A stretch of 64,000 nt of DNA from a bacterium (lineage in GTDB: Bacteria; Hinthialibacterota; Hinthialibacteria; H5-UNCL2): the NCBI GenBank assembly GCA_015075175.1, contig JABTUV010000006.1:159271-223270 (forward strand), given 5' to 3'. Position numbers and translations under genes: made by a program. Each line of letters begins with the position of its first letter. The stretch's first letter is position 1. Below are positions 1 through 9,743 of the stretch, in pieces. The notes under the pieces were generated by a model. It did no database searches, was not told the origin of the DNA, and saw nothing but the letters and a program-made list of their open reading frames with translations.

Positions 1-282
1 GCCGAGGATGACGGCAAACAGCGCCAGCGTGAGTCCCCGCGAGAACGGCGCCCATCCCAGGCTGGGTATGATCCACGCGCCATAACCCAAGAGGAGCATC
101 GCCAGCGGCCGCGAAAGTCCCCAGCCGGCGTCGGGCAGATGTCGCGCGAACATGAACACGATGGGAAACCCGACCAGCGCCAGGAGCTGAAAGAAGAAGA
201 ACCACCGCCGGCCGGGATGGCGCGCGGTGCGGTCGAAGATGCTCCGCCCTTCCTGGTGTTTCAGCACGTCCGTGAGCGTGAT
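1..282 (-). CDS. DUF2298 (YYY membrane protein)-like region, partial; probably the frameshifted continuation of the GT39 gene
   Basis: Open minus frame reads ITLTDVLKHQEGRSIFDR...FQLLALVGFPIVFMFARHLPDAGWGLSRPLAMLLLGYGAW, resembling a DUF2298 N-terminus; a 1-nt shift near 283 would join it to 261..2699. Confidence 0.55.
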   Translation of the reverse strand, partial: MTLTDVLKHQEGRSIFDRTARHPGRRWFFFFQLLALVGFPIVFMFARHLPDAGWGLSRPLAMLLLGYGAWIIPSLGWAPFSRGLTLALFAVILG

Positions 283-2699
283 CGGGCTGCTTCCGGCGGC
301 GGCGACAGGAGGTATTGGCGCAGTTGCTCCGGCGGGACCTCCCGCACTTTCTTAAAGATCGTCACCTTGGGATGGTCGTAGCAATGCGCCGACTCTTCCA
401 CGAGATCGTCGTTGAAGACGATCCCCCACAGGCGCGGATACTTCGTCTCGACGTGAACCAACTCGAAACCCAGCACGCCGGTAAAGAGCAATCGATAGAA
501 ATTGCCCGACGTGGGATAACGGTTGGGCAGGCGCAGGATGGAACCGTAAAGGCGCTTGCTGCTCCAGACGATATAATCCGCGTTGGAGAGCCGCGTGACG
601 AGGTGCGAGAGTTTCCGGTTGCGGTCCTGGCCGTGCTCGATGTCCTCGTTGTACATCTGCAGGTCGGAGTCGCCGCTGGAAAGGCGGAAATAGCTGAAAG
701 GGGACTTGTCGGCGTGCTTGGCGGTGGGAAGGGGGACTTGATCGTCCCAGTGCTCCTTGACCACGCGCGCGTTGCGGGGCGCGTTTTCGTACAGCCAGTT
801 GGAGGCGGCCATGCGCGTGTTGAGGTGGCTGAACATGTTCTGCAGGGCGAAGGCGTAGAAGACCGAGAAGGCCATCGTGCCCGCGCCCACCAGCCCCGTG
901 ACGACCCGCCAGCGCCGGCGCGGGAAACGATCCCAGACGTAAACCAACAGCCACGCCGCGCCCATGATGAAAAAGGGATAGAGCGGCATCATGTAGCGCA
1001 GAAATTTGGCGTGCCAGCCGCCCACGATGTAGAAGTACGGCAGCGCCCACGAAAGAAGCAGCCAATGCGCGTAGGTTATGTCGCCTCGCCTTCCCCAGCG
1101 GTAAGCGGCGAAGGCGATGAAGGCGAGAAGGCCGGCGATTCCCAGAAGCCCGAGCGGTTCGCCCAGGCTGTAATCCACCAGGTTCTTGAGCTGGAAGAAA
1201 TAGGGCACGGTCCCCGCGAACTGGCGCGTGTAGGGCACGTCCCCCTCCGCTTGCGGGCCGCCGACCACGCGGCCTTCGTAGCGGATGGACTCCTTCCACT
1301 TGTCTTGGCGGATGAACTGCATGGGGGCAAGCGTGAAGGCGACAGTGAGGGCGAGGAAGAGGATGATGAGGGGGCCAGCAAGGGCACGCTCGACCAGGCC
1401 GGGGACAGGCGCCGATTTTCCTGCGGGGCTGGGTACGTCTGGCGGAAGTTTTTCCTGGAAAATCGGCGACTGTCCCGCGCGCTCCTGTCCCTCAGAGCCG
1501 CGTCCCATACGGAAGGGATAGAGCGCCAGAGACGCCAACAGCCACGCGGCGGCGACGGGAAAGAGCAGATTGGCGGCGGCGAAGACGAGGGCGTATCGAA
1601 GGGCGACGGCGAAGACGCGGGAGAATGCCGCCAGAGCATCGGCGGGAGTGGCGCCGCCCTGCCAGAGCGGGGTGCGATACACGACCACTGGGGCGCGTTT
1701 GCTCTCACCGGGACGTACGAGGCCGTAGCTGATCTGCTCGTCATACGTCAACTGACCGGCCCGGTAGGCCTTCCAGCGCGCGGCGGGAATCGCCGCCAGC
1801 CGGGGGGTCGTCAGCGCCGGCCCCAGCCACTGGTCCAGCCTGCGCCCCAGTTCGATTCGCTTTTCTCGCGCGATGGGGTCGCGGATGGCGCTCACATCGT
1901 CGAAGTAATGAAATCCCACGAGTACCGGATAAACGGTAAGGGCGACGGAGTAGGCCAGCGTGAGGACGAGCACGACCTGCGCCACGAGCGCGCGCCGGCG
2001 CACGGCGGGCGATTTCTCCTCGCGCTCCCACTGCACGCGCATCCGGCTCAACCAGGCGACGCCGACGGGGGCCAGAAAGGTCAGCGCGGAAAACTTGGTC
2101 GCCAGCGCCGCACCCAAAACGACCCCGATGGCCACGGCGTCCAGCCAGGCCTTAGCGCCCGTGTCGAAAATCCATCGCCAGCACAGGTAGAGCACGAACA
2201 GAAGCCGACGACCAGCAGCGTCTCGACCGTCGAAGTAGTGCGAGCTCTGGATGTGGTGGAAGGCGAAGGACATGAAGAACGCCGACAGCATCCCCACGCG
2301 CCGTCCGAAGAGGCGGCCGGCCAGAAGATAGATGAAGAGAATCGCCAGCGTGCCGTAAATCCCGGACAGGAGGCGCCCGTAGTAGTTGAGCGTGCCGCCG
2401 GAATAGTACGAGACGGGGCGTCCGGAAAGTCCCGCCAGCGCCTGCGCGACCATCTTCGAGACGTAGAAGGGAAAGGTGCCGTAGGCGAAAAAGTCGGGAT
2501 AGAGCGACGAATCGGCGTCCAGGGTGACGTTGCTCCAATTCACCCGCTCGGTCGCGTGGACGATGTTGCGCTCGTCGGAGTGCTGATAGGTCGAGTCGTT
2601 GCGCTCGGTGTCGGTATAGTCCCACTTGAGGTTGGTGCAACGCAGGTAGCCGCCCACGAAGACGAGCAGGGCCAGCGCGGGCAGGATGAGGCGTCTCAT
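261..2699 (-). CDS. GT-C glycosyltransferase family 39 (ArnT/PMT-like) membrane protein
   Basis: HSDE motif after TM1, PDFFAYGTFPFY, GAALATKFSA, KFLRYMMPLYP, EHWDD, YDHPKV; many TM segments. Confidence 0.8.
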   Translation of the reverse strand: MRRLILPALALLVFVGGYLRCTNLKWDYTDTERNDSTYQHSDERNIVHATERVNWSNVTLDADSSLYPDFFAYGTFPFYVSKMVAQALAGLSGRPVSYYSGGTLNYYGRLLSGIYGTLAILFIYLLAGRLFGRRVGMLSAFFMSFAFHHIQSSHYFDGRDAAGRRLLFVLYLCWRWIFDTGAKAWLDAVAIGVVLGAALATKFSALTFLAPVGVAWLSRMRVQWEREEKSPAVRRRALVAQVVLVLTLAYSVALTVYPVLVGFHYFDDVSAIRDPIAREKRIELGRRLDQWLGPALTTPRLAAIPAARWKAYRAGQLTYDEQISYGLVRPGESKRAPVVVYRTPLWQGGATPADALAAFSRVFAVALRYALVFAAANLLFPVAAAWLLASLALYPFRMGRGSEGQERAGQSPIFQEKLPPDVPSPAGKSAPVPGLVERALAGPLIILFLALTVAFTLAPMQFIRQDKWKESIRYEGRVVGGPQAEGDVPYTRQFAGTVPYFFQLKNLVDYSLGEPLGLLGIAGLLAFIAFAAYRWGRRGDITYAHWLLLSWALPYFYIVGGWHAKFLRYMMPLYPFFIMGAAWLLVYVWDRFPRRRWRVVTGLVGAGTMAFSVFYAFALQNMFSHLNTRMAASNWLYENAPRNARVVKEHWDDQVPLPTAKHADKSPFSYFRLSSGDSDLQMYNEDIEHGQDRNRKLSHLVTRLSNADYIVWSSKRLYGSILRLPNRYPTSGNFYRLLFTGVLGFELVHVETKYPRLWGIVFNDDLVEESAHCYDHPKVTIFKKVREVPPEQLRQYLLSPPPEAARSRSRTC
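1402..1476. repeat. Inverted pair of GGGACAG(G/T)CRCCGATTTTCC element inside the GT39 CDS
   Basis: Arms 1402-1421 and 1457-1476 match 19/20; same family at 33390-33463 and 39458-39533. Confidence 0.8.
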
Positions 2700-4996
2700 G
2701 GGGTGGTTCCTCCGACAAGCACCTGGTAGATGCGGCCCGAGCCGGCGCCGCCGGGCCGGCCGGTGGGACCGAGAAACTCATAGGCGACCTTGAGGCGCGC
2801 GCCGGAAGACCTGGCGGCCTCGCGCTCGAACTTCTCCAACCCCGCGCGGGGATAGGGGCGGTCGGGCGCGCCGGTGCGACTGTCGCGCTCGGTTTCGATC
2901 TCCAGCGTGCCTACCACGATGTACTGGATGCGGTTCTCGACGATCTGCGGCCAGACGGCGTCCAGGCTGGGATGGGAGTAAATCTGCTGGGCGACGGCGG
3001 CGCGCGGCTGGGCGATGCTGTAACCGAATGGCCCGCGCCAGACCTGTTCGTGGCCGACCCAGCCGATGAAGGCGGGCCGCCCCGCGTAAGTACTGATACG
3101 GGACTCGCGGCTGTAGGCGAGATGGCCGGGCCGCTCCAGGATGACGGCGCCGGGGGGCGTCTCATCGCGCAGCCAGCGGGCGATGCCCGCGTCCGCGGGC
3201 ATCGACTGCTCCAGCCAGCGCCCGCCGTCCAGCGTGGCGGGACGCGCCCGCCACTTGTAGCGGTTGGCCGTGACGCTGAGCGGATAAAGCAGCGAACCGG
3301 CCAAGAGTATCGCCAGCGGCGCGCATACCAGGACGACCCCGGCCTGCGAACGCCGACGCAGCCGCCGCAGCGCCGCCGCCAGAAGGACCGGTAGAAGCGT
3401 TCCCAGTATGATCCAGACCGGATAGAAGAACTTGAAGGTGGTGTTGTAGCGGGGACTGTAGCCGTCCACGATGTAGAGCGTCTCGCAGCCCAGAAGCACG
3501 CACAGGCAGAAGAAGAGTCCGCCCCAGGCCAGCGTCTCCATGCGTCCGAAGGCCTGGGTGTAGAGAAGAAACAAGATGGTGAGGGCGCCGGCGAAAAGCG
3601 CGGCGTAAACCAGGCAGCCGGTCGCCATCCAGACGATGACGAGCACGAGCAGCAGCATCCCGCCGAGGACGCCGCCGATCTGCGCCCGTCCGTAGCGCAC
3701 GCGCGCCAGCATCGCCGCAACCGCCACGCCGAAGGAGACCATCGAGATCGCCAGCGGCAGTCCCCACATGGCAAGATACTCGCCCAAATCGCTCCTTTTC
3801 GGGACCCAGTTCACGAGCGGCCCGGACTGCGGGGACGTAAAGGTCAAAAGAAACGGCGAGAGAAAGAGTCCCGACAAAACTCCCACTCCGGCGATGATCA
3901 GGCCGGATAAGAGGAGGCCGGAAAGGCGCGCGCGCCGTAGGTCGGCCAGCCGTGCCAGAAAGACCACCGCGAAGAGCAGCCCGCCGAAGCTGGGCAGATC
4001 AAAGATGTTGGTCCAGCCCATGACGGCCAGCCAGAGGCCGGAGATGACGGCCAAGGCGGCGGTGCGCGTGCGACGGCATTGCAGCATCCACTCGCGGCGT
4101 CCCAGCGCCAGCCAGACGCCGCAGAGAAAGATCGCCACAAAGGTCAAGGGCACGTCCATCACGTGCGGATGCATGTCGGCCACTTCGCCGTAAGAGAAGA
4201 AAGGGAACTCGGTGATGTTGCCGTCGGGATTGCCCGGCGGCGGATCGACGATCACGCGGCTGGCCTTCCAGACGTCGATGCCGAGAAGCGGCTTGCCCAG
4301 GATCATGATTTCGTAGAAGGCATAGAGGTTGCCGGAGAGCATGACCAGCACGGCGGCGAAGACGGCCCAGCGGAGGCGGCGGGTAAAACAGGCGGCGACG
4401 GCAAACGCGCCCAGGCACGCCAGGGCGAAGAGCAGCGCCAGGTTGACGTTATAGGCGAGGGTGGACCGCGCGCCCATCGCTTTGGCCCAGGTCGCCGCCG
4501 CCATGTAGCCGCCATAGTAGTAGTTGACGCGATAGCCGGAGAGCCAGGGGTCCAGCGGCGGAATCACGCTGTGGTGGTAGAGCGAGTTGAACATGGCCAA
4601 GTCCATGAACTTTTCCTGGCCGAGGATGTCGGGCCGGGCGCTGCGCATGAGGGCGAGATAAAGGTGGGCGACGAGAAAGAGCGCGATACCCGCAAGAATG
4701 AAACGTCGTCCGGCGCGCCAGAGCCGCCCCAGCCGCGCCCGCCGCAACCAGAGAAACGCCAGCGAGCCGCCCGACAGGAGAGACAGGAGAATCCAGATGG
4801 TGGTCGCCGCGTAGGGAAGGCGGAGAAATCCGAGCATCCAGAGAAGATAGTTGAGGAGTCCCCAGCCGAGCACGGGCGCCAGGAGCACGGCGGGCGCGCG
4901 GCGCGCGGACAGAAACGGCCACAAGGCCAGAAGGCCGATAGGACTGACCAGCAAAAGAAAAATCCAGGCTGGTAGACTGGCCCAGAGCACGTGCAT
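2696..4996 (-). CDS. DUF2298 / YYY-domain membrane protein
   Basis: GQEKFMD, PPLDPWLSGYRVNYYYGG, ITEFPFFSY..DMHPH, RYNTTFKFF, GWVGHEQVWR; ATGA overlap with the downstream gene. Confidence 0.85.
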   Translation of the reverse strand: MHVLWASLPAWIFLLLVSPIGLLALWPFLSARRAPAVLLAPVLGWGLLNYLLWMLGFLRLPYAATTIWILLSLLSGGSLAFLWLRRARLGRLWRAGRRFILAGIALFLVAHLYLALMRSARPDILGQEKFMDLAMFNSLYHHSVIPPLDPWLSGYRVNYYYGGYMAAATWAKAMGARSTLAYNVNLALLFALACLGAFAVAACFTRRLRWAVFAAVLVMLSGNLYAFYEIMILGKPLLGIDVWKASRVIVDPPPGNPDGNITEFPFFSYGEVADMHPHVMDVPLTFVAIFLCGVWLALGRREWMLQCRRTRTAALAVISGLWLAVMGWTNIFDLPSFGGLLFAVVFLARLADLRRARLSGLLLSGLIIAGVGVLSGLFLSPFLLTFTSPQSGPLVNWVPKRSDLGEYLAMWGLPLAISMVSFGVAVAAMLARVRYGRAQIGGVLGGMLLLVLVIVWMATGCLVYAALFAGALTILFLLYTQAFGRMETLAWGGLFFCLCVLLGCETLYIVDGYSPRYNTTFKFFYPVWIILGTLLPVLLAAALRRLRRRSQAGVVLVCAPLAILLAGSLLYPLSVTANRYKWRARPATLDGGRWLEQSMPADAGIARWLRDETPPGAVILERPGHLAYSRESRISTYAGRPAFIGWVGHEQVWRGPFGYSIAQPRAAVAQQIYSHPSLDAVWPQIVENRIQYIVVGTLEIETERDSRTGAPDRPYPRAGLEKFEREAARSSGARLKVAYEFLGPTGRPGGAGSGRIYQVLVGGTTP

Positions 4997-5042
4997 GGTT
5001 TATTCCAACCGTTGGACGTCGGGTGTGGTTGCATCAACGCCC

Positions 5043-5168
5043 GGGTACCACCCTTTGTACTCAAAAGGGTGGTCCAACGAACTCCAGGGTATCCGTCACT
5101 CGCTCGCGTCTAGAGGGAACCTCGACTCTCCTGTGCACAGTATTGAGCACAAAGGGTGTGGCACCCGC
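5043..5168. repeat. REP-like element GGGT(A/G)CCACCCTTTGTACTCAAAAGGG, inverted pair
   Basis: Palindrome 5047-5073, inverted relative at 5141-5168, second copy at 62481-62512. Confidence 0.7.
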
Positions 5169-5176
5169 GCAGCGTG

Positions 5177-6061
5177 CTAGTTGGACGGATTGTCGGCGTG
5201 GCGATGGTCGCCCTCGGGGCGGCGGCGGCCACGGCCGCCGCGGCGGCCGCGGCGACGACGACCCGGGTGGCCCTCGCCGGTCGCTTCGCTGCCACCGGTT
5301 GCGGCGTTGGCCGACACCGGCCGCGGCGGCCGATCGGGCCGGCCTTCGCTGGCGCCCTCCGGGCGCCGGCGGCGATGCCGCGGACGCCCCTCGCGTCCCT
5401 CGCGCCCTCCCCGCTCCTCCGCCGGCGCCTCCGGCGGGGTCATCCCCTTGGGATACACCTGGATGCGCCGGTTGTTGTCGTCTCCCAAGCTCCGAGTCTC
5501 CACGCGCCCATACTCTTTCAAGTAGGTATGCACCACGCGCCGTTCGGAGGGCGACAGGCGCGTGATCTCGACGACCGAGCCGGTCCGCACCGCCTCGTCG
5601 GCCTTGCGCCGCGCCATGGCCCGCAATTCCTCCTCCCGCTCCAGGCGATAATCGTCCACGTCCAGGTAGACGCGGATGCGATCCTCGCGCCCGCCCTTGT
5701 TGAGGATGCGCTCCAGCATGTATTCAAGCGCGTCCAGCACCTCGCCGCGCGCGCCGATCAGGCTCTTGCCCGCGCCCGACACGGTCACGCGGCACTCGTC
5801 GCCTTCCGACTTGGCGGAAACCAGGGCGGAAACGCCCATACGCCGGATGATTTCGGAGGCGACATGCTGGGCGGCGATGCCCTCCTCCTGGCAGAGCGAA
5901 ACCTTGACGGTAGCGCGCCCCAGCCCAAACCAGCTGAGGATGCCGCCGCCCGTCTGCAAGATTTTCACTTCCACCTGGTCGCGTTCCACGCCCAGCTCGG
6001 CGAGTCCGGCCTGGATGGCTTCCTGAACCGTCTTGGCTTTCTTGATGACTTCCGTTTTCAT
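5177..6061 (-). CDS. jag: Jag/KhpB (EloR) RNA-binding protein, Jag_N-KH-R3H
   Basis: AKTVQEAI..GLAEL, LIGARGEVLDALEY, LDVDDYR, ERRVVH, ETRSLG; follows yidC; GGAG upstream of ATG 6061. Confidence 0.9.
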   Translation of the reverse strand: MKTEVIKKAKTVQEAIQAGLAELGVERDQVEVKILQTGGGILSWFGLGRATVKVSLCQEEGIAAQHVASEIIRRMGVSALVSAKSEGDECRVTVSGAGKSLIGARGEVLDALEYMLERILNKGGREDRIRVYLDVDDYRLEREEELRAMARRKADEAVRTGSVVEITRLSPSERRVVHTYLKEYGRVETRSLGDDNNRRIQVYPKGMTPPEAPAEERGGREGREGRPRHRRRRPEGASEGRPDRPPRPVSANAATGGSEATGEGHPGRRRRGRRGGRGRRRPEGDHRHADNPSN

Positions 6062-6077
6062 GGCTCCAATCATGTCC

Positions 6078-8087
6078 TTATTTGCGTGATTTGGTGCGGC
6101 CCGACCGGATTTTTTCGCGCGCGGGCCGTTCGCGCGTTTCCATTTTGGGCGCCTCGCCGGCGGCGGTCGCCGGCGCCGGCGCCCCCGCCGGCTCATCTTT
6201 CTCGATCCGGTTGATGAGCCACTGCTGCCCCATCTGGAAGAGCGAACTCATCATGAAATACAGGTTGGTTCCCGAGGGCAGCCGCCACGTGATGAGCAGC
6301 ATCATCACCGGCATCATCGCCATCATCGGCTTCTGCTTGGGATCGATGTTGGTCTGCGCCATCTGCCAACCCATCAGAATCGCGCCCGCCAGCGGCAGCG
6401 GGTTGATGTCGAACAACCCCCCGAAAAAGGGAACCTGGAAGGGCAGGAACCAGAGCGTGTCCGGTTCCGACAGGTCCCGCATCCACAAGAAGAACGGCTC
6501 GCCCCGCAGCCCGATGGTGTTCTGCGTGGTGTAATACAACGCAATGAAGATGGGCAAAGTGGCGATCAGGGGCAGGCATCCCGACATGGGATTGACCTTG
6601 TGCTTCCTGAACAGCTCGAACTGCTCCTTCTGCGCCTGCTGGGGATTGTCCTTGTGGCGCGCCTGGATGTCCTTGATGAGGGGCGACAGCTTCTGCATGC
6701 GCCGCATCGCCTGCGTCTGCTTGTGCACCAGGGGGAACATCGCCAGTCGCACCACGATGGTCAGGAGCAGAATGGCCATGCCGTAATTGGGCCAAAGATA
6801 GTGGAAACCATTGAGAATCCACAGCATGAGGATGCAGATGGGGCCGGTGATGCCGCCGTAGAGGCTGTCCTCCAGGCCGATCCCGGTCGCCTTGAGGTGG
6901 TCGTAGTCGCGGGGACCGAGGTACAGGCGGAGGTCGTGGCGGCGGCCGCCTTCCGGCGCGGCCTCGTTGAAAGGCAGGGCGAGGTTGGCGCTCGCGCGCA
7001 CCGTCTCGGGCCATCCGCGCGGATGGGCGGCGTCGAAGCTGGCGCCGTTGGACTCGCTGGTGGAGAGAAAGGCGGCCATGAAGTAGCGGCTGTCCACACC
7101 GGCCCACTTGACGCTGCCGGAGAGGGCGTAGCGGCCGCCGTTTTTGTTGGCCTTGCCCTCCACGCTGGGCGCGGGCAGCTCCTCATGGTCGCCTTCCAGG
7201 CTGTAGATGGCGCGATGGTAGGTCTTGGTCTCCTCGGGAAAGACGCGCCCGACGCCGCCCTCCCAGCGCAAGGCGAGAGGTTCGTCGGGCAAATCGAGGC
7301 CGGGCGCGGTCTCGACACGCAGGAACACGCCGATTTCGTAGCCGTCGGTGGGAAAGGTGAGGCGCTTCTCCAGCGTCGCCGCCCCCAGCTGGGCGAGCAT
7401 CGAGAGAACGGGCCGTCCGTCGGCGTCAGTGGAAGAATGGAAGGTGTAGGGGAGATCGCCGTCGTCCGGCCCGTCGGGGAGGAGGAGACCCAGGGGCCGC
7501 TGCCCTTCGGCGACCAATTCCACGCCGGTGTCGGCGAGGAGGGCATAGTCGGCGGGATCGGCGGGGTCCAGACGGTCGCGTTTGCGCCCGCCGGCCAACC
7601 GCGCCGCGTGTTCGGCCTGGTCGGCGAGCAAGCGATCGAGGTACGCGCGGACCGCGCCGGTCCGCTGCTGGCGGTGGATTTCCAGAAAGCGCCGGTTGGG
7701 GTAGATTTCCGGATAGTCCAGGAGCCGCGCCGACACCAACCGCCCGCCGCGTGAAGAGAAGGTCAGTCTCATGCGCCGCGTGGCGATGACGTGCGTGGAC
7801 TCTGTCGCCTCGAGCACGGCGCGCGCGAACGCCTCCGACAGGCTGGCGGCGCCGGCGGGAAGGGCGGCCACCGTCTCCGGCGTCGCCGCAGACGCCGGCA
7901 GCGCCTCCCGTTCCGGCGAAGGCGTGGGTCGCGGCCGGTAGCGCGGATCCAATTTCTCCGCCGCTTCCGGATGTTCCCGCGCCCACTCGGCCAGTCGCTT
8001 CTGGTAGTCTCGTTCCTGCCACCAGAAATAGAGCATGAGCAGGCCCACGAGGGCGATGAACAAAAACTTGCGCGAATCCTGTTCCAT
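6078..8087 (-). CDS. yidC: Membrane protein insertase YidC
   Basis: NYGMAILLLTIVVR..FPL, VNPMSGCLP, PFFLWMRDLSEPD, LPSGTNLY; conserved synteny. Confidence 0.95.
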   Translation of the reverse strand: MEQDSRKFLFIALVGLLMLYFWWQERDYQKRLAEWAREHPEAAEKLDPRYRPRPTPSPEREALPASAATPETVAALPAGAASLSEAFARAVLEATESTHVIATRRMRLTFSSRGGRLVSARLLDYPEIYPNRRFLEIHRQQRTGAVRAYLDRLLADQAEHAARLAGGRKRDRLDPADPADYALLADTGVELVAEGQRPLGLLLPDGPDDGDLPYTFHSSTDADGRPVLSMLAQLGAATLEKRLTFPTDGYEIGVFLRVETAPGLDLPDEPLALRWEGGVGRVFPEETKTYHRAIYSLEGDHEELPAPSVEGKANKNGGRYALSGSVKWAGVDSRYFMAAFLSTSESNGASFDAAHPRGWPETVRASANLALPFNEAAPEGGRRHDLRLYLGPRDYDHLKATGIGLEDSLYGGITGPICILMLWILNGFHYLWPNYGMAILLLTIVVRLAMFPLVHKQTQAMRRMQKLSPLIKDIQARHKDNPQQAQKEQFELFRKHKVNPMSGCLPLIATLPIFIALYYTTQNTIGLRGEPFFLWMRDLSEPDTLWFLPFQVPFFGGLFDINPLPLAGAILMGWQMAQTNIDPKQKPMMAMMPVMMLLITWRLPSGTNLYFMMSSLFQMGQQWLINRIEKDEPAGAPAPATAAGEAPKMETRERPAREKIRSGRTKSRK

Positions 8088-8120
8088 CAGCGACGGAAAT
8101 CCGGTTCGCGCGCGCCGGGT

Positions 8121-8354
8121 TCAGCGGGAGCGCGGCGGGGCGGGCCGGACGGGATCATAACCGCCCGGATGCCAGGGATGGCAGCGCAAGAGCCGCGCAC
8201 CGGCGAGCGCGAGTCCACGCCAGAAACCGTGGACTCGGAACGCCTCCTCCGCGTAATGGGAGCAACTGGGATAAAAGCGGCAGGCGCCGCGCGTCCAAGG
8301 TCCCAAGACGAGTCGGTATACGCGAATCAAAACGATACTGAGCCGTGCCAGCAT
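8121..8354 (-). CDS. yidD: Membrane protein insertion efficiency factor YidD
   Basis: CRFYPSCSHYA..A...HG, RLLRCHPWHPGGYDPV. Confidence 0.95.
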   Translation of the reverse strand: MLARLSIVLIRVYRLVLGPWTRGACRFYPSCSHYAEEAFRVHGFWRGLALAGARLLRCHPWHPGGYDPVRPAPPRSR

Positions 8355-8361
8355 CGGATGC

Positions 8362-8781
8362 CTAAACCTCTGGTTCCGGAAGGGCGCCCGTCGGTTCGGG
8401 TGTTCGGGTCGGCGGGGTTGGGTCCACCCCGCCGGACAGGCGCAAGACCGCGTCACAGACGCTCGCTTCCAACTCCCGGAAGCCGAGACGCGCCAGGGTT
8501 GGGGCAGCGTTGAGGACCAGGTCCCGGCTTCCTTGCCATTCTCCGCGATGCACGCGAAAGATTTCTCGGAGTCTCCTTTTCAATTGGTTTCGTACGTGGG
8601 CAGGTCCCACCTTGCGGTTGACGACCAGGCCGAGTCGCCAACCGCCGCCTCCATTATCCCTCCAGTAGACGCGCATGGCCGGCAGCGAGAGGCTGCGGCG
8701 ACACGCGAACACCGCCTCGAACTCCGCCGACCGGGTGAGGCGCACCCGGCGCGGATAGCGGTGGGGATGGCGAGGGGTCAT
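8362..8781 (-). CDS. rnpA: Ribonuclease P protein component
   Basis: [36 protein letters not shown]; ATGA overlap with rpmH. Confidence 0.92.
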   Translation of the reverse strand: MTPRHPHRYPRRVRLTRSAEFEAVFACRRSLSLPAMRVYWRDNGGGGWRLGLVVNRKVGPAHVRNQLKRRLREIFRVHRGEWQGSRDLVLNAAPTLARLGFRELEASVCDAVLRLSGGVDPTPPTRTPEPTGALPEPEV

Positions 8782-8912
8782 GCCGACAGGCGCTTGCGTC
8801 CCACGCGCCGCCGGTTCTTGAGTACCGCGCGACCCCATCGCGTCGCCATGCGGTGTCGGAAGCCGTGCTTCCGCTTGTGCCGCAACTTGCTGGGTCGATA
8901 CGTTGGCTGCAC
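8778..8912 (-). CDS. rpmH: 50S ribosomal protein L34
   Basis: (M)[43 protein letters not shown]; GTG start with AAGGAG upstream. Confidence 0.95.
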   Translation of the reverse strand: MQPTYRPSKLRHKRKHGFRHRMATRWGRAVLKNRRRVGRKRLSA

Positions 8913-9080
8913 TGTGTGGTTTTTCTCCTTTCCTTTTGTAGTTGCGCAGCGCCTTGCCCCGAGTAGGCCGCAGGCCGTATCGAGGGGTGCTGCGCCTGCC
9001 GACAAGGATGCCGGCGGTACGGCGTCGTTGCGAAAGCGGGCTACGCTTCCGCGAACGTACACACCAACCCCTTCGGTATG

Positions 9081-9105
9081 AAAAAAGCCTCAATAGGGAG
9101 GCTTT
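9081..9105 (-). terminator. Intrinsic terminator-like hairpin in the rpmH leader
   Basis: Minus strand AAAGCCTC-CCTATT-GAGGC-TTTTTT. Confidence 0.55.
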
Positions 9106-9137
9106 CCATCCGTCTCCGGGTGATGCAAGTTGAAAAA

Positions 9138-9166
9138 ACTCTAGGCAATATCAAATATAAAGTCAA
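9138..9166 (-). promoter_or_regulatory. Putative sigma70 promoter facing rpmH
   Basis: TTGACT-17 nt-TAGAGT within an AT-rich patch. Confidence 0.6.
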
Positions 9167-9200
9167 GCTCGGAGTTGGGGCCGGCCCGCTGCCGGGTCGC

Positions 9201-9355
9201 TGTCATTTCGACCGCAGGGAGAAATCTTCCCCGCCGCTAAAGCGGGTCGGACAACACAGAAGATTTCTCCCTGCGGTCGAAATGACAGAGAGGTCCCGCG
9301 GTGGAGTGGGTGTGCTGCATTGTGGGGAAGATTTCTCCCTGCGGTCGAAATGACA
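9201..9355. repeat. REP-like family TGTCATTTCGACCG(C/A)AGGGAGAAATCT, three copies (one forward, two reverse)
   Basis: Copies at 9201-9227, 9261-9287, 9329-9355. Confidence 0.9.
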
Positions 9356-9629
9356 AAGAACGCGCCATCCGCGCCGCGGCAGGCGAGGGTTTTCGAGGCA
9401 AGCGGGTTCACGCAGGAGTTGACGGGAGAAGTGGTCTGGGATTGGCCGCGCTAGACGGCGTCCGTCGATACAGGCGCCGCGGCGGACGCAACCACGACTC
9501 GACGCGCGCGCGAGTGGAATCACGGCGTGGTTGAGCGCGCGATTGGCGGTTTTTCCCGCGAAGGAATGTTAGGCTCTCGTCAGGCGGGTGGGACAGGCGT
9601 TCCCGCCCGTGAGCGGTGGGCGAGGGTCG

Positions 9630-9730
9630 TCGATTAAGATTAAGAGCAAGAGCAAGAGCATGAGCAAGAGCAAGAGCAAGAGCAAGATTAAGATTAAGAT
9701 TAAGATTAAGATTAAGATTGAAGATCAAGA
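9630..9730. repeat. Hexamer microsatellite (GATTAA/GAGCAA)n
   Basis: About 16 tandem units of GA(T/G)(T/C)AN starting at TCGA. Confidence 0.9.
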
Positions 9731-9743
9731 AGGCGGGATTGGG

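Noticed and set aside
315-2729. Long antisense ORFs (e.g. 315..2729, 28791..30494, 53921..56791)
   Set aside because: Shadow frames of real genes in high-GC DNA, with no motifs
9201-9355. Mini-CRISPR of 27-bp repeats with about 35-40 bp spacers
   Set aside because: Copies are in mixed orientation and dispersed across the window, which fits REP doublets
9400-9620. SAM or cobalamin riboswitch upstream of the homocysteine methyltransferase
   Set aside because: A hairpin exists (CAACCACG...CGTGGTTG) but I could not find the conserved cores of either class; an Rfam scan would settle it
9588-9743. KIKSKS-rich N-terminal extension of the methyltransferase ORF
   Set aside because: It is a translation of the hexamer microsatellite; homology begins at ATG 9744
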